Source: Anaerolineae bacterium (GTDB taxonomy: Bacteria; Chloroflexota; Anaerolineae; B4-G1; DUEL01). From it: a DNA stretch of 55,067 nt. The stretch covers positions 62,001-117,067 of the forward strand of contig JBDOIF010000118.1 in the NCBI GenBank assembly GCA_041082215.1, given 5' to 3'. The translations under genes and the position numbers were made by a program. Under the pieces are notes generated by a model. That model saw nothing but the letters and a program-made list of their open reading frames with translations, was not told the DNA's origin and did no database searches. Shown here one piece after another: positions 17,882-26,355 of this stretch (positions are counted from its first letter, which is position 1; every line of letters begins with the position of its first letter).

Positions 17882-19282
17882 TCACTCTGCATCTGTCGTC
17901 TCCTTCCCGCTTCGGAGCGCCACCAGCAGCCACTCCCCTACCCGGTCCCCATCCCCCGCCCCCAGTGTCAACACCACGTCGCCGGGAGCGACCTCGGTCC
18001 CCAGGATCGCCACCGCCTCCTCCCGCGAGCCCACCAGCCGGGCGTCGGGGTGACGCATGGCCGCCACCACATCGGCACTGGAGATCCCCAGCGTATCCTG
18101 TTCCCGGGCAGCGTAGATGGGGAGCACCAGCACGTGGTCCGCCCGCTCAAAAGACTGGGCGAACTCTGCAAGCAGCGCCTTCGTCCGGCTGTAGGTGTGG
18201 GGCTGCCAGACCGCCCAGAGGGGCCGGCCAGGGAACCGCTGACGGGCCGCCGCCAGCGTGGCCCGGATCTCTGTCGGGTGGTGGGCGTAGTCGTCCACCA
18301 CTGTCACCCCATCCGCCTCCCCCTTCAGCTCGAAGCGGCGGGCCACGCCGCGGAAGCCTTCCAGGGCGGAGCGGGCGGTCGGGAAGGGAACCCCCAGGTA
18401 ATCCGTCACGGCCAGAGCTGCCAGCGCGTTGAGGATGTTGTGACGCCCCGGCACCCGCAGCCGCACCTCCCCCAGCGCCTGACCCGCCCGCACCGCGACG
18501 AAATCGGAGCCGCCGGAGGGATTGGGCGTCACATCCCGTGCCGTCCAGGTCCCCTTCCCCTGCAACCCGTAGGAGGCCACCTGCCCGCCCTGCGCCGTCC
18601 GCGCCGCCCCCAGCTCCAGCGCCACCTGGTCATCCAGGCAATTGACCAGCAGCCCATCGGGCGGCAGCAGTTCCACAAATTCGGCAAAAGCGGCCCGGAA
18701 GCGGGCAAAGGTGGGGTAGCAATCCGGGTGATCGTGCTCCACGTTGGTCACCACCGCCACGCGGGGGCGCAACCCCAGGAAGGTCCGATCGTACTCATCC
18801 GCCTCCACCACGAAGTGGGGGCCTCTCCCGGCCCTGGCATTGGTCCCCAGCCCCAGCACCACCCCCCCGACGATGAAGGTCGGGTCCAGCCCTGCATTCC
18901 AGAGGACCGTGGCGATCATCGCCGTTGTCGTCGTCTTGCCGTGGGTGCCGGCCACGGCCACGCCGATGCGGCCCTCCATCAGCTTCCCCAGCACCCAATC
19001 GCGGTGGACGACGGGGATGCCCGCCGTTCGGGCTGCCTGGACCTCCACGTTTCCCTCCGGTACGGCCGAAGAGACCACCACCAGGTCGGCTCCTGCTACC
19101 TGCTCAGCCCGATGGCCGACGTAAATCCGGGCCCCGTCCCGCGCCAGCGCCTCAGCGACAGGGGAGAGGGCCAGGTCGGAGCCGGAGATCGCCACCCCCT
19201 GCTCCATCAGCACACGGGCGATGGCAGAAAGCCCCGCCCCGCCGATGCCCACCAGATGCACGTGCTTTCCCTGGAACTCCAT
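17882..19282 (-). CDS. murC: UDP-N-acetylmuramate--L-alanine ligase
   Basis: HLVGIGGAGLS, GTHGKTTTT, EADEYD, DDYAHHPTEI, QPHTYSRT. Confidence 0.97.
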   Translation of the reverse strand: MEFQGKHVHLVGIGGAGLSAIARVLMEQGVAISGSDLALSPVAEALARDGARIYVGHRAEQVAGADLVVVSSAVPEGNVEVQAARTAGIPVVHRDWVLGKLMEGRIGVAVAGTHGKTTTTAMIATVLWNAGLDPTFIVGGVVLGLGTNARAGRGPHFVVEADEYDRTFLGLRPRVAVVTNVEHDHPDCYPTFARFRAAFAEFVELLPPDGLLVNCLDDQVALELGAARTAQGGQVASYGLQGKGTWTARDVTPNPSGGSDFVAVRAGQALGEVRLRVPGRHNILNALAALAVTDYLGVPFPTARSALEGFRGVARRFELKGEADGVTVVDDYAHHPTEIRATLAAARQRFPGRPLWAVWQPHTYSRTKALLAEFAQSFERADHVLVLPIYAAREQDTLGISSADVVAAMRHPDARLVGSREEAVAILGTEVAPGDVVLTLGAGDGDRVGEWLLVALRSGKETTDAE

Positions 19283-19292
19283 CCCACAATCC

Positions 19293-19907
19293 TCAGATGA
19301 AGACGATGATGACAAACACGAATGCCAGCCCCACCGCCAGATAGAGGGGGGGGCCGGTGATCAGGCGGGGCGGCAGGTAGGGGATGAGCTTCGCTGCCGC
19401 CGAATCCGGCTCTGGCGGACGGATGCCGCCGACCCCCACCGCCCCTGGCTGATAGGTCACCTCCTCCACCGTGCGGCCGCTTTCGTCCACCACCTGCCGC
19501 ACGATCCTCTGATCCTCCGGCACCCCATAGTAGGCCTGATCCACATAGAACCAGATCGAGCCGACGATCAGGACGCCGTTCAACAGGCCCAGGAAGAAGC
19601 CAAGCAGGATGTCCTGGAGCCGTTCCCGGGCCACTTTTGAGCCAATATGCTGGGAGAGTGTGGGGCTGGCATAGCCGAAGAGGATAATGATGGAGAAGAA
19701 GACCATCCGGATCCAGAACCGGCTGAGCGGCGTCATCGCCACCCAGATGTCCCGGATGGGGCGGACCATACCGGTCAGCACCTGCTCGATGAAGAGGGCC
19801 AGGACCACGCTGAAGGCAACGATCAGCTCCTTCGCCCACCCCCGCAGGCTGCCGATGAGGGCGAAAACCACCACCATCATCAGGAAGACGGTGTGCATCG
19901 GGATCAT
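19293..19907 (-). CDS. CvpA-like membrane protein
   Basis: About five TM segments with G..RGWAKEL and D.LLGFFLG.LNG patterns typical of the CvpA family; ATGA overlap with murG. Confidence 0.65.
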   Translation of the reverse strand: MIPMHTVFLMMVVVFALIGSLRGWAKELIVAFSVVLALFIEQVLTGMVRPIRDIWVAMTPLSRFWIRMVFFSIIILFGYASPTLSQHIGSKVARERLQDILLGFFLGLLNGVLIVGSIWFYVDQAYYGVPEDQRIVRQVVDESGRTVEEVTYQPGAVGVGGIRPPEPDSAAAKLIPYLPPRLITGPPLYLAVGLAFVFVIIVFI

Positions 19908-21019
19908 TTTGACCTCCCCTCTACGTCTCCCGTCGCCAGTTCCCACAGCGCCCCCGCCAGAGACGCCGCGGCCTCGGGGCGGGCAAGGGATCGCGCACAC
20001 TCGCGCATCCGAACCAGCCGGTCCGGCTCTGCCAGCAGGTCGCACACCGTGGGCAGGAGCGACTCTTTCAGCCTGCCATCCTCCAGCACGACCGCCGCTC
20101 CCCGCCGGGCCAGCCATTCGGCGTTGACCCGCTGGTAGCGCCAGGCATGGGGGTAGGGCACCAGGATGGCAGGCAGGCCAAAGTACGGGAGCTCCCCCAG
20201 AGTAGAAGCCCCCGCCCGACAGACCGCCAGGTCAGCCGCCGCCAGGGCCTGTCCCATCTCCACACCGTGCAGGTAAGGATAAGGGTGATAGCGGTCCCGC
20301 AGATTGGGTGGAAGCCCCTCCGCCCGCTCCGCCACCCACGGCCAATCCAGCTCCCCGCTCACATGCACGACCTCTGCCTCCTTCAACAGCGGCTCCAGGC
20401 TTGCCGTCACCGCCTGGTTGATGCTCCGCGCCCCGTGGCTTCCGCCGAAGACCAGCACCACCGGTCCCCGTGACGGAAGCCCCAGCGCCTCCCGCGCCCC
20501 TGTCCGGTCTATCCCGGCGAACTCAGGCCGGACCGGATAGCCCGTCACCACCACCTTTTGGGCCGGAAGAAAGGCCCGGGAGTCCTCCACGGTGATCCCG
20601 ATGCGGGTCGCCAGCCGGGCGATGAACCGGACCGCCAGCCCTGGCTCGATATCCGGCAGGTAGAGCAGGATCGGCGCCCCCAGCACCCACGCCGCCAGCG
20701 CCACCGGGACGCTGGCGTACCCTCCTGTGACGAAGAGGGCCCGGGGCCGCTCCCGACGGCCCAGCCTCAGGGCTGCCCAGAACCCCTGCGCCAGTTTGAT
20801 CAGGTTCCGCACCGCCCGCCAGGGAGCCAGTCCGTGAACCCCCCCGGCGGGCACGCCTGCAAACCGCAACCCGGCCCGGGCCGCCAGCCGTTCCTCGACG
20901 CTCCCCCGCCCCCCCACGTAGAGGGGCTCCACAGGGCCGTATTCCCTAAGCGCCTGCAGGACGGCCAGGCCGGGATAGACGTGCCCCCCCGTTCCGCCTC
21001 CCGCGATCCAGATATGCAT
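19904..21019 (-). CDS. murG: Undecaprenyldiphospho-muramoylpentapeptide beta-N-acetylglucosaminyltransferase
   Basis: GGGTGGHVYP, TGGYAS, GGSHGA, RAGAST.GE, Q..NA. Confidence 0.96.
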   Translation of the reverse strand: MHIWIAGGGTGGHVYPGLAVLQALREYGPVEPLYVGGRGSVEERLAARAGLRFAGVPAGGVHGLAPWRAVRNLIKLAQGFWAALRLGRRERPRALFVTGGYASVPVALAAWVLGAPILLYLPDIEPGLAVRFIARLATRIGITVEDSRAFLPAQKVVVTGYPVRPEFAGIDRTGAREALGLPSRGPVVLVFGGSHGARSINQAVTASLEPLLKEAEVVHVSGELDWPWVAERAEGLPPNLRDRYHPYPYLHGVEMGQALAAADLAVCRAGASTLGELPYFGLPAILVPYPHAWRYQRVNAEWLARRGAAVVLEDGRLKESLLPTVCDLLAEPDRLVRMRECARSLARPEAAASLAGALWELATGDVEGRSK

Positions 21020-22154
21020 CGTCCCTCGTCCGGGCGCGCACCTCCGCGCCCTCCTTTGCCCTGGCCGTCCGCCCCTGGGAGATGCTCAGGAGCATCCCCA
21101 CGGCGGCCAGGGAAACCACCACGGAAGACCCCCCCAGGCTGATGAACGGAAGGGCCGTTCCGGTGAAAGGCAGGACCGAAGTAACCGCCCCCAGGTTGAG
21201 CGCTGCCTCAAAGACGATCAGGCAGGTCAACCCGCTGGCCAGAAGGCTCCCGAACCCATCCCGTGCCCGCATGGCGATGCGGAAGCCCCGCCAGGCCAGC
21301 AGGGCAAACAGCGCCACGACCAGCAGGCATCCCACGACGCCCAGCTCCTCCCCCAGCGCGGCGAAGATGGCGTCGTTGTGGGCCATCGGCAGATAGCCAA
21401 ACTTCATCCGTCCTTCCCCCAACCCGACCCCCAGCAGCTTTCCCTCCGCCAGAGCGTAAAGCGCATGCCGTGGGTGATAGGGCAACAGGGTCGGGTCCTT
21501 GAGGCTCTGGATGAACGCCTCGACCCGTCCACGGGCGTGGGGGAAGGACATCACCAGCCCCCAGAAGACGCCGCTTCCCACCGCACCGGCGATGAAGACC
21601 TGACCCAGATGGGCACCGGCCAGGAAGAAGACGGCAAAGCCGGCCAGGCTCAGGATCGCTGCCGCGCTCAGATCGGGCTGCAACACGACCAGCCCGGCCA
21701 CCAGCCCCATCCACACCGCGAAAGGGATCAGACCGTAAGTCACATCGCGGATCTGCTCCCCCTTCGAAGCAACCCAGGCGGCGGCATAGATGACCGTGAC
21801 CAGCTTGGCCAGCTCCCCTGGCTGGAGCGAGCCGTTGAGGAAGGACCGGCGAGCGCCCCAGAGCTGATTGCCGACCAGCAGAAGGAGGATCAGGAGGACA
21901 ATCGTCCCCCCCAGGAGCGGTACCGCCAGTTCCCGCCAGCGGGTGTAATCTGTCCGGGCCAGAAAGGCTGCCACGGCGATGCCCAGCAGCACCCTCAACC
22001 CCTGCCGCTTCACCTGACGGAAGGGATCCCCTGCCTCCAGGTATCCCCAGTCGAAGGTCGTGCTGTAGACCATCAGCAGTCCCAGGAGCAGGAGTGCTGC
22101 CACCACCACGATCAGCACGTAGTCGGGCTCCCGCCGCCGCACCTTCTTCTCCAT
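20946..22154 (-). CDS. ftsW: Peptidoglycan glycosyltransferase FtsW
   Basis: QPGELAK, QPDLS, LPMAHND.IF, LPFISLGGSS; lies between murD and murG. Confidence 0.93.
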   Translation of the reverse strand: MEKKVRRREPDYVLIVVVAALLLLGLLMVYSTTFDWGYLEAGDPFRQVKRQGLRVLLGIAVAAFLARTDYTRWRELAVPLLGGTIVLLILLLLVGNQLWGARRSFLNGSLQPGELAKLVTVIYAAAWVASKGEQIRDVTYGLIPFAVWMGLVAGLVVLQPDLSAAAILSLAGFAVFFLAGAHLGQVFIAGAVGSGVFWGLVMSFPHARGRVEAFIQSLKDPTLLPYHPRHALYALAEGKLLGVGLGEGRMKFGYLPMAHNDAIFAALGEELGVVGCLLVVALFALLAWRGFRIAMRARDGFGSLLASGLTCLIVFEAALNLGAVTSVLPFTGTALPFISLGGSSVVVSLAAVGMLLSISQGRTARAKEGAEVRARTRDDAYLDRGRRNGGARLSRPGRPAGA

Positions 22155-22161
22155 CCCTCCG

Positions 22162-23556
22162 TTATCCCTTCAACGCTTGAACCAGCTCCTTAAACCGGTC
22201 CCCCCGCTCGGCGAAATCGCGGAAGGCGTCGAAGCTGGTGCCGCCAGGGGAGAGGAGGACCACATCGCCGGGCCGGGCCACCCGGGCAGCGGCCTCCACC
22301 GCCTCCTCCAGCGTCCTCACCCGCGTGATCCCCTCCAGCCCTCGCCGCGTCCCCCCGTCTCCCTGCCTCCACGTCTCCTCCACCACCCGTGCGATCATCT
22401 CCCCGGCCTCGCCGAAAGTGATCAGGTGTCGCACCCGCGCCACCGCCTCGGCGGCGAACTCCCCCCAGGGCAGGTCCTTATCCCGCCCCCCGGCCAGGAG
22501 GACGAGCGGCTCCTGAAAGGAGCGAAGGGCGGCGATCACCCGCTCCGGAGCGGTGGCGATGGAATCGTCGTACCACTGGACCCCCCGCCATTCCCGCACC
22601 AGCTCCAGGCGGTGCTCCACGCCGGTGAAGGTGCGGATCACCTCCCGCATCCCTTCCACCGGCACGCCGGCCACACCGCTGATGGCACAGGCAGCCAGGA
22701 CGTTGAGCAGGTTATGGTCGCCCCGCAGCCGGACCTCTTCTTTCCGGCAGACGACGGTGTAGACCCCGCTCAGCCGGAGGGCCAGCTCCCCGTTGGTCTT
22801 GTAGGCCCCCTCGTCCACCTCCACGCCGCCGCTGAAAAAGACAGGGTGGGCCTGGGTCTCCAGCGTCAGCGACCGGGCATTGGCGTCGTCGAAGCCCAGG
22901 ACGGCGTAATCCCCCGGCCCCTGATGGGCGACGATGTTCCGCTTGGCAGCGATGTAGGCCTCCATCGTTTTGTGCCGGTCCAGATGGTTGGGCGTGATGT
23001 TGAGCACCGCCGCCACGTGGGGGCTTTTCGTCATGATCTCCAACTGGAAGCTGGAGAGTTCCATTACCACCCGGTCGTCGGGGCGGATGCGGGCCAGATC
23101 GCCGATGAGGGGGTTGCCGATGTTCCCCCCCACCCAGGTAGTGAAGCCTGCCGCCCGACACATCTCCCCCACCAGCGCCGTCGTCGTCGTTTTTCCCGCC
23201 GAGCCGGTGATACCGATCACCGGAGCGGGGCACCGCTCCAGGAAAAGCTGCGCGTCGTTGGTGAGCGGGATCCCCCGGCGACGGGCCTCGGCCAGGATCG
23301 GCGTATCCAGCGGCACCCCTCCGCTTGGACAGATCAGGTCCGCCCCTTTCAGGAGGCTCTTCGGGTGGCCGCCGAGGACGTACCGGATAGGCATCCCTTC
23401 CAGCTCGGCCAGGCGGTCGGCCAGCGCAGCCTTCTCCTTCAGGTCGGAGACCGTCACCTCTGCCCCCGCCTCCACCAGAAAGCGGGCCAGGGCCGTCCCC
23501 TGCCGGGCCAGCCCCAGAACGACGACGCGCTTACCTCGCAGCTCCAGCTCATCCAT
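22162..23556 (-). CDS. murD: UDP-N-acetylmuramoyl-L-alanine--D-glutamate ligase
   Basis: ITGSAGKTTT, ELSSFQL, NHLDRH, HRLE, LLSPGGTSFD. Confidence 0.97.
   Translation of the reverse strand: MDELELRGKRVVVLGLARQGTALARFLVEAGAEVTVSDLKEKAALADRLAELEGMPIRYVLGGHPKSLLKGADLICPSGGVPLDTPILAEARRRGIPLTNDAQLFLERCPAPVIGITGSAGKTTTTALVGEMCRAAGFTTWVGGNIGNPLIGDLARIRPDDRVVMELSSFQLEIMTKSPHVAAVLNITPNHLDRHKTMEAYIAAKRNIVAHQGPGDYAVLGFDDANARSLTLETQAHPVFFSGGVEVDEGAYKTNGELALRLSGVYTVVCRKEEVRLRGDHNLLNVLAACAISGVAGVPVEGMREVIRTFTGVEHRLELVREWRGVQWYDDSIATAPERVIAALRSFQEPLVLLAGGRDKDLPWGEFAAEAVARVRHLITFGEAGEMIARVVEETWRQGDGGTRRGLEGITRVRTLEEAVEAAARVARPGDVVLLSPGGTSFDAFRDFAERGDRFKELVQALKG
22343..22374 (+). repeat. Four degenerate octamers inside murD
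   Basis: cgccgcgt ccccccgt ctccctgc ctccacgt; encodes TWRQGDGGTRR. Confidence 0.55.
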
Positions 23557-23586
23557 AGCTCAAAGTGCAATGGCCAGCGTTATTCT

Positions 23587-23829
23587 TCACCGATCCTCCG
23601 CCGTCCCCACCCAGAAATGGTCGGGCAGGATCGCCCGTCCGGGGCGGATCTCCACCCCCTCCGCCTCCAGCAGCTTCTGCTGGCCGTTCCCGTTCAGCAT
23701 GCTGGGATGGACGAAGCAGACGCTTGGCGCATGGCCATACTTGCGCTGATAGTGGGCCACCGCCCGCTTCACCTTCTCCTCCAGCTTCCGGTGCGGGTCG
23801 TTATCAAACCACAACATGCCGATGTCCAT
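23587..23829 (-). CDS. Small hypothetical protein (~80 aa) within the dcw cluster
   Basis: GGAGG RBS 6 nt before ATG 23829; fills the mraY-murD gap on the same strand; MDIGMLWFDND...HFWVG. Confidence 0.75.
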   Translation of the reverse strand: MDIGMLWFDNDPHRKLEEKVKRAVAHYQRKYGHAPSVCFVHPSMLNGNGQQKLLEAEGVEIRPGRAILPDHFWVGTAEDR

Positions 23830-23875
23830 ATTCATCCTCCCGTTCCGTTCTCTCACCCCAGAGCTGTCACAGTCC

Positions 23876-23900
23876 GGGCAGGCTGGAAAGCCTGCCCCAC
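23876..23900 (-). repeat. REP-like palindrome GTGGGGCAGGCT-TTCC-AGCCTGCCC
   Basis: 9-bp perfect stem with 4-nt loop, preceded by GTGG; lies just after the mraY stop. Confidence 0.55.
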
Positions 23901-23907
23901 AGCTACC

Positions 23908-24906
23908 TCAAATCAGGGCCAGCGCCACCCCTGCCATCGCTGCCATCAGCTCCACCAGCCAGAACCGCTGCACCACCTGCGTCTCCGACCAGCCCAGCAG
24001 CTCAAAGTGGTGGTGGAGGGGGGCCATCTTGAACAGCCGCCGCCCCTGACCGTACCTCCGTTTTGTATACTGGAAATAAGCCACCTGGGAGACGACCGAA
24101 AGGACCTCCCCTACCGGGACGAGCGCCACGATCGGCAGGAGCAGCCACTGCCCGGTCATCAGCGCCACCGTCCCCAGCGTCGCTCCCAGGGCCAGGCTCC
24201 CTGTATCCCCCATAAACATCTGAGCAGGGTGGGCATTGTACCACAAAAAGGCGAAACAGGCCCCCACCACGGTGAAACAGAAGCGGACCAGATAGACCTG
24301 CCCCTGCAGGTAAGCGATGATCCCGTAGGCGCCGAAGGCGCTGGCGGCGATGATCCCCGCCAGCCCATCCAGCCCGTCGGTCAGGTTGATGGCGTTGGAG
24401 GAGCCGATGATGACGAACATCGCCAGCGGGATGTAGAAGAGGCCAATGTCAATTTTCTCCGGTACGCCGGGGATCGCCATACTGCGCAATCCCAGGCCGT
24501 AATGGAGGATCAGGGCGACGAGGAAGGTCAGCCCCAGCTCCCATATGATCTTCTGACGGGCGCGGAGGCCCTCTCCTCGCCGTATTCCCCGCACGCCAGC
24601 AAGGTCGTCCACCCCTCCGATAACCGCGTAGGCCAGCATGACCCCCAGCGGCACCATTATGGAACGCCCGATCACCGTCCGCCCCAGCAGGTTGTAGATG
24701 TTCAGCGCCACGGTGATGAGCAGCACCGGCACAACGATCATCAGCCCTCCCATCGTGGGGGTTCCCAGCTTGATCTGATGGCCCTGCGGCCCATCAATAC
24801 GAATCCGCTTGCCGATGCCGTACCGCCGCAGCAAACGGATCAACACCGGTCCCCAGCCCACGGCCAGGAGGAACGAGATGCTGGCTAAGATGAGCGCGAA
24901 ATCCAC
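23908..24906 (-). CDS. mraY: Phospho-N-acetylmuramoyl-pentapeptide transferase
   Basis: K.GTPTMGG, DD, NAINLTDGLDGL, FMGDTGS, MAPLHHHFE. Confidence 0.98.
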   Translation of the reverse strand: MDFALILASISFLLAVGWGPVLIRLLRRYGIGKRIRIDGPQGHQIKLGTPTMGGLMIVVPVLLITVALNIYNLLGRTVIGRSIMVPLGVMLAYAVIGGVDDLAGVRGIRRGEGLRARQKIIWELGLTFLVALILHYGLGLRSMAIPGVPEKIDIGLFYIPLAMFVIIGSSNAINLTDGLDGLAGIIAASAFGAYGIIAYLQGQVYLVRFCFTVVGACFAFLWYNAHPAQMFMGDTGSLALGATLGTVALMTGQWLLLPIVALVPVGEVLSVVSQVAYFQYTKRRYGQGRRLFKMAPLHHHFELLGWSETQVVQRFWLVELMAAMAGVALALI

Positions 24907-26322
24907 CTATCCTCTCCCCAGCGCGTTGACGATCTCCTCCATCCGCAACGCCCGCGACCCCTTGATCAGGATCACATCCCCTTCCCTCACCAGCTCCTCC
25001 AGCAGCCGGACCGCCTCCTCATTGTTTTCCAGCATGTAGACCCGATCGGCGGGCATGCCCACGGCGATGGCCTCGCCAGCGATGATCCGCCCGCGGACCC
25101 CCACCGTCACCAGGATGTCGGCCACATCGGCTGCCCGCACCCCCACCTTCCGGTGGCCCTCCTCCTCATAGTCCCCCAGCTCCAGCATATCCCCCAGCAC
25201 GGCGACCTTCCGCCCGCTCAGCTCTTCCAGGAGGTTGAGGGCAGCGATGGTGGAGGCGGGACTGGCGTTGTAGGTATCGTCCAGAATCGTGGAGCCTCGC
25301 GGGCCAGGGACCGCCACCAGTCGCAGTTGGGAGGTGGGGGCCCGCAATCCTTCCACGATCTCCTGCCAGGTCAACCCTTCCACCAGCCCCACCGATGCGG
25401 CCCGCAGCGCAGTATGGACCGAGTGGCGGCCCAGCAGCGGCACCTTGACGTGAAGCGTCTCTCCCCGATAGTGGAGCCGGAACCGCACCCCCTCCAGCCC
25501 CAGCCCTTCGATCCCGTCCGCCCAGAGGTCCGCCTCGGGCGAGAGGCCGTAGGTGAAGACGCGGGCGCGGGTGGCCTCCCGCATTCCCAGTACCCGGGGA
25601 TCATCGTAATTGAGGATCGCCACCCCTTCCGGCGCCGGTGGCAGTGCCTGGACCAGCTCCGTCTTGGCGGCCACGATCCGCTCGATCGAGCCTGCCCGCT
25701 CCAGATGGACCGGATGGATGATGGTGACCACCCCGACGTGGGGCAGGGCGATGCGGGCCAGGTCGGCGATCTCTCCCACATCGTACATCCCCATCTCCAG
25801 CACCACCCGCTCGTGCTCAGGCGTCAGCCGGAGCAGCGTGAGCGGCAAACCGATCTCGTTGTTAAAAGAGCGCTCGCTCCGGAGAGTGACGTACCGCCTG
25901 GAGAGGACATCGGCCACCAGCTCCTTGGTGGTCGTCTTTCCCACACTGCCGGTGACGCCGACGACCCGGGGGGAATGGCGCCGCCGCCAGAAGGCGGCCA
26001 GACGGTGGAGGGCCTGGAGCGTGTTCTCCACCCGCAGCACCACCGGCACTGTCCAGACCTCCGGCAATGACGGCCGTGGAGGGGTCAGCTCCACCACCGG
26101 AACCGGCACTTCCACCCCCCGTTCGACAACGGCCACCGCTGCTCCCCGATCCAGGGCGTCCCTCACGTAGCTGTGGCCGTCGGCCTGTTCTCCCTTCAGC
26201 GCGATAAAGACGCCATCCGGCTCGACGGTCCGGGAGTCAACTGTCACCCTCGTCGGCCGTCGCTCCAGCTCCGGCGGCCGCTCGCCGGTCAATCCCTGAA
26301 CAATGTCAGCCAGTGTCAACAT
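24907..26322 (-). CDS. murF: UDP-N-acetylmuramoyl-tripeptide--D-alanyl-D-alanine ligase
   Basis: TGSVGKTTTK, NNEIGLPLT, DDTYNASP, LGDMLELG, KGSR. Confidence 0.97.
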   Translation of the reverse strand: MLTLADIVQGLTGERPPELERRPTRVTVDSRTVEPDGVFIALKGEQADGHSYVRDALDRGAAVAVVERGVEVPVPVVELTPPRPSLPEVWTVPVVLRVENTLQALHRLAAFWRRRHSPRVVGVTGSVGKTTTKELVADVLSRRYVTLRSERSFNNEIGLPLTLLRLTPEHERVVLEMGMYDVGEIADLARIALPHVGVVTIIHPVHLERAGSIERIVAAKTELVQALPPAPEGVAILNYDDPRVLGMREATRARVFTYGLSPEADLWADGIEGLGLEGVRFRLHYRGETLHVKVPLLGRHSVHTALRAASVGLVEGLTWQEIVEGLRAPTSQLRLVAVPGPRGSTILDDTYNASPASTIAALNLLEELSGRKVAVLGDMLELGDYEEEGHRKVGVRAADVADILVTVGVRGRIIAGEAIAVGMPADRVYMLENNEEAVRLLEELVREGDVILIKGSRALRMEEIVNALGRG

Positions 26323-26355
26323 ACCCTTCCGTTCTCCTGCTCTCGGCTCCCCCGA

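Noticed and set aside
22177..24888. 903-aa plus-strand ORF
   Set aside because: Antisense to murD, the small hypothetical gene and mraY; no motifs
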